DNA of 64,000 nt, from NCBI RefSeq assembly GCF_009914755.1, contig NC_060934.1; one strand, 5' to 3'. Made by a program: the position numbers and the translations under genes. The notes under the pieces are model-generated. The model did no database searches and had not been told where the DNA came from. It worked only from the letters and a program-made list of their open reading frames with translations. The stretch is from the human T2T-CHM13v2.0 reference genome, Homo sapiens. Positions 62,011 to 64,000 of the stretch are shown in pieces. The first letter of the stretch is position 1. Each line of letters starts with the position of its first letter.

Positions 62011-64000
62011 ATTCACATGTCTGGTACCTTAGGTAGAAACTGGAATGTTTTTCTATTCAGGAACTGTTTCTAGAAGTGAGGCAGGAGGGTAGCAGGGAGG
62101 GCAGTGCTTAAGCCAGACTCTTTGGAAACCGAACCACAGAGAAATGTGGAAGGGGCCTGGGAAGGACGCTCCCTGAGGTGAGCCAAGTGGCCAATTTGTA
62201 CTTGCACCATCATGTATACTTTTCTTGGGGCGTGGTCTCCTGTTGTTCTTTATTCCAAGGAGAGGGGATGGTGTGCGGGGTATGTTGGGCTTGCCACTTT
62301 GAATCAGAGACACCTAAATTTAGACACGGCCGTAGAGGACTCACAGCTCTTCCTGCAGATGATCCTTCAGACTCAGCTTTCATCTGCCCAGCAAGGACAG
62401 CTGTGGCTTTGTGAGATGCCCTGCTCCATTCTTGGGCAGCCTGAGTGGTTTAGGACAGGGCTTTTAAAAACGGGGTATTATCTTCTCTTGACAATCTCCC
62501 TTTGCCCCATTTAAACATATTTTCCTCCTTCAAGTATTCTGCCTCTGAAAGGGGTTTTCAGAGCTCCCAGCCTCCTCCTTGGAGTCCCCATAGAAACTCT
62601 GTGTCACACAGTGATGCTCTGTGTAGGCTAGCTGTCAACATGGCTCAATGCCATCTTCCCTCATTTAGCATGATTAATATGAATTTGTGGTTAATTATGA
62701 AGTTAGTTATGTTAGTTAATTCAAATATTCTGGCAAGCTTTAGTAAGCTCCTGTATGAGCCTAGAATTTTGCAAGGGTGCAGGGTATGAAAATAAAATGG
62801 CAGGACCCTGACCCTTTACCACCAGAGCTTAAAATTTAGTTGGAGAAATGGCCTGCAAACAACTAATAAAAGGTCATATGGTGACTATGTAATAAGCATG
62901 AAGTAACAGCTTCCAGGAAATTTCAAGCACTGTGTGATCGATATTCTTCCTTTCTCTTCATTTATACCCAAATGGCATGAAGGGTGCTTTTGAGAATGCT
63001 CACATTTTCGGAGGAGATTGTAGAGTATGCCCCTCCCACTGGTGGCCACAGTACCATTTGCTGCAGCAGAGACTTCAGCAGATAGCAGTCCCAATGTTAT
63101 TTCCTTGTTCAGATGCTGGAGAGGCCTCGAATGCAAGGAAGGGACTAGATCTCTTGTGAAAGTACATGGAGTAGGATCCGCCTGAAGTCCACTTGAAGAT
63201 TCTTCTCTTGGTCTGTTCATTAAGAAAAAAGAATTTGTAGACCAACTATCAAATAAAAGGAGAAGGAAATGTATACTTAAACAGAAAACTATACTTACAC
63301 CTTTGGTTTGGAAATTTTGATTAATATTTATTGTCATGAGTTTGAGCCCTAACAGGCTCTTCTAAATAAGGAGAGAGGCAAGTTTTCATCAGATGACCTA
63401 AAGCAAGAAATACGCACAGAAAGAGCAAGCTCTCCTATGGAGAACTCGGGAGCCCCACACTCCATAAGTGAGCAGGTGAGAGTGTGGCCCTTGAGAATGC
63501 CACTGGCGCCCCTCTGAGAGGCAGCCACCCTCACTGTCCACTGTCCACTGCCCAAGGCTCTTCAGTCTTTCACTGGGACACTGAGCAACACCATCAGAGA
63601 GCCTAGTGAGGGGAAGTGCTGTTGAGAAATTGAGGGGAGCGAGGCTACATGGATCCTGCATTTGCTCTGGAATATTCAAGGAGTCCTGCACAGCACAGTT
63701 GCTGGTGCAGCAGGAGGTCAGAACATCCTTTTTTTCCCCCATCCTGGGAGTTGGTGCCTTTGGGATTCTGTGGGTAAATGTGCTATTTGGATTTCTAAAA
63801 GAGGCTCCCCTTCAAATTCTAAAAGCTTTGGATGAGCCTCATAAAACCTACATTCACCTCTGGATTCTAGCTGCTGGTGATACCTATAAGGTCATGCTTT
63901 CAAGGTAATTAACACTACTATGGGGAGCCCTGCATTTCTTTGGGGCAGCCTGGAAGAAGAGAGAAACAAGTAGGAAGCTGCCCTTTAGAAATCCCTGCAT

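Noticed and set aside
63499-63522. CTCF-like ccactggcgcccctctgag
   Set aside because: Spacing does not fit the CTCF core on either strand

Overview
Catarrhine/ape (probably human) genomic DNA, mostly transposable-element derived, with no intact host protein-coding gene visible. The only gene-like locus is an intronless, decayed NPAP1/POM121-family pseudogene on + (~41459-46600) behind a CpG-rich region. It has a lost start codon, several stops and frameshifts, an Alu insertion, a ~1.9-kb internal duplication and two arrays of ~99-bp (33-codon) repeats. Other main elements: a near-full-length, non-functional L1PA3/4-type LINE-1 on - (12399-18534) with an extended antisense ORF0; a 5'-truncated L1PA on + (28696-30696) that shares at least 8 non-consensus substitutions with the first L1; Tigger1 and Ricksha DNA-transposon remnants; a nested stack (MSTB LTR > THE1A provirus > L1PA and MER9) with its target-site duplications still readable; and a two-LTR MER50 (ERV1) provirus with gag, RT and env remnants. 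Family and subfamily names come from recalled consensus sequences, not from a database search. No convincingly new biological system was found; the best leads are the NPAP1-like repeat architecture and the related inverted L1 pair.
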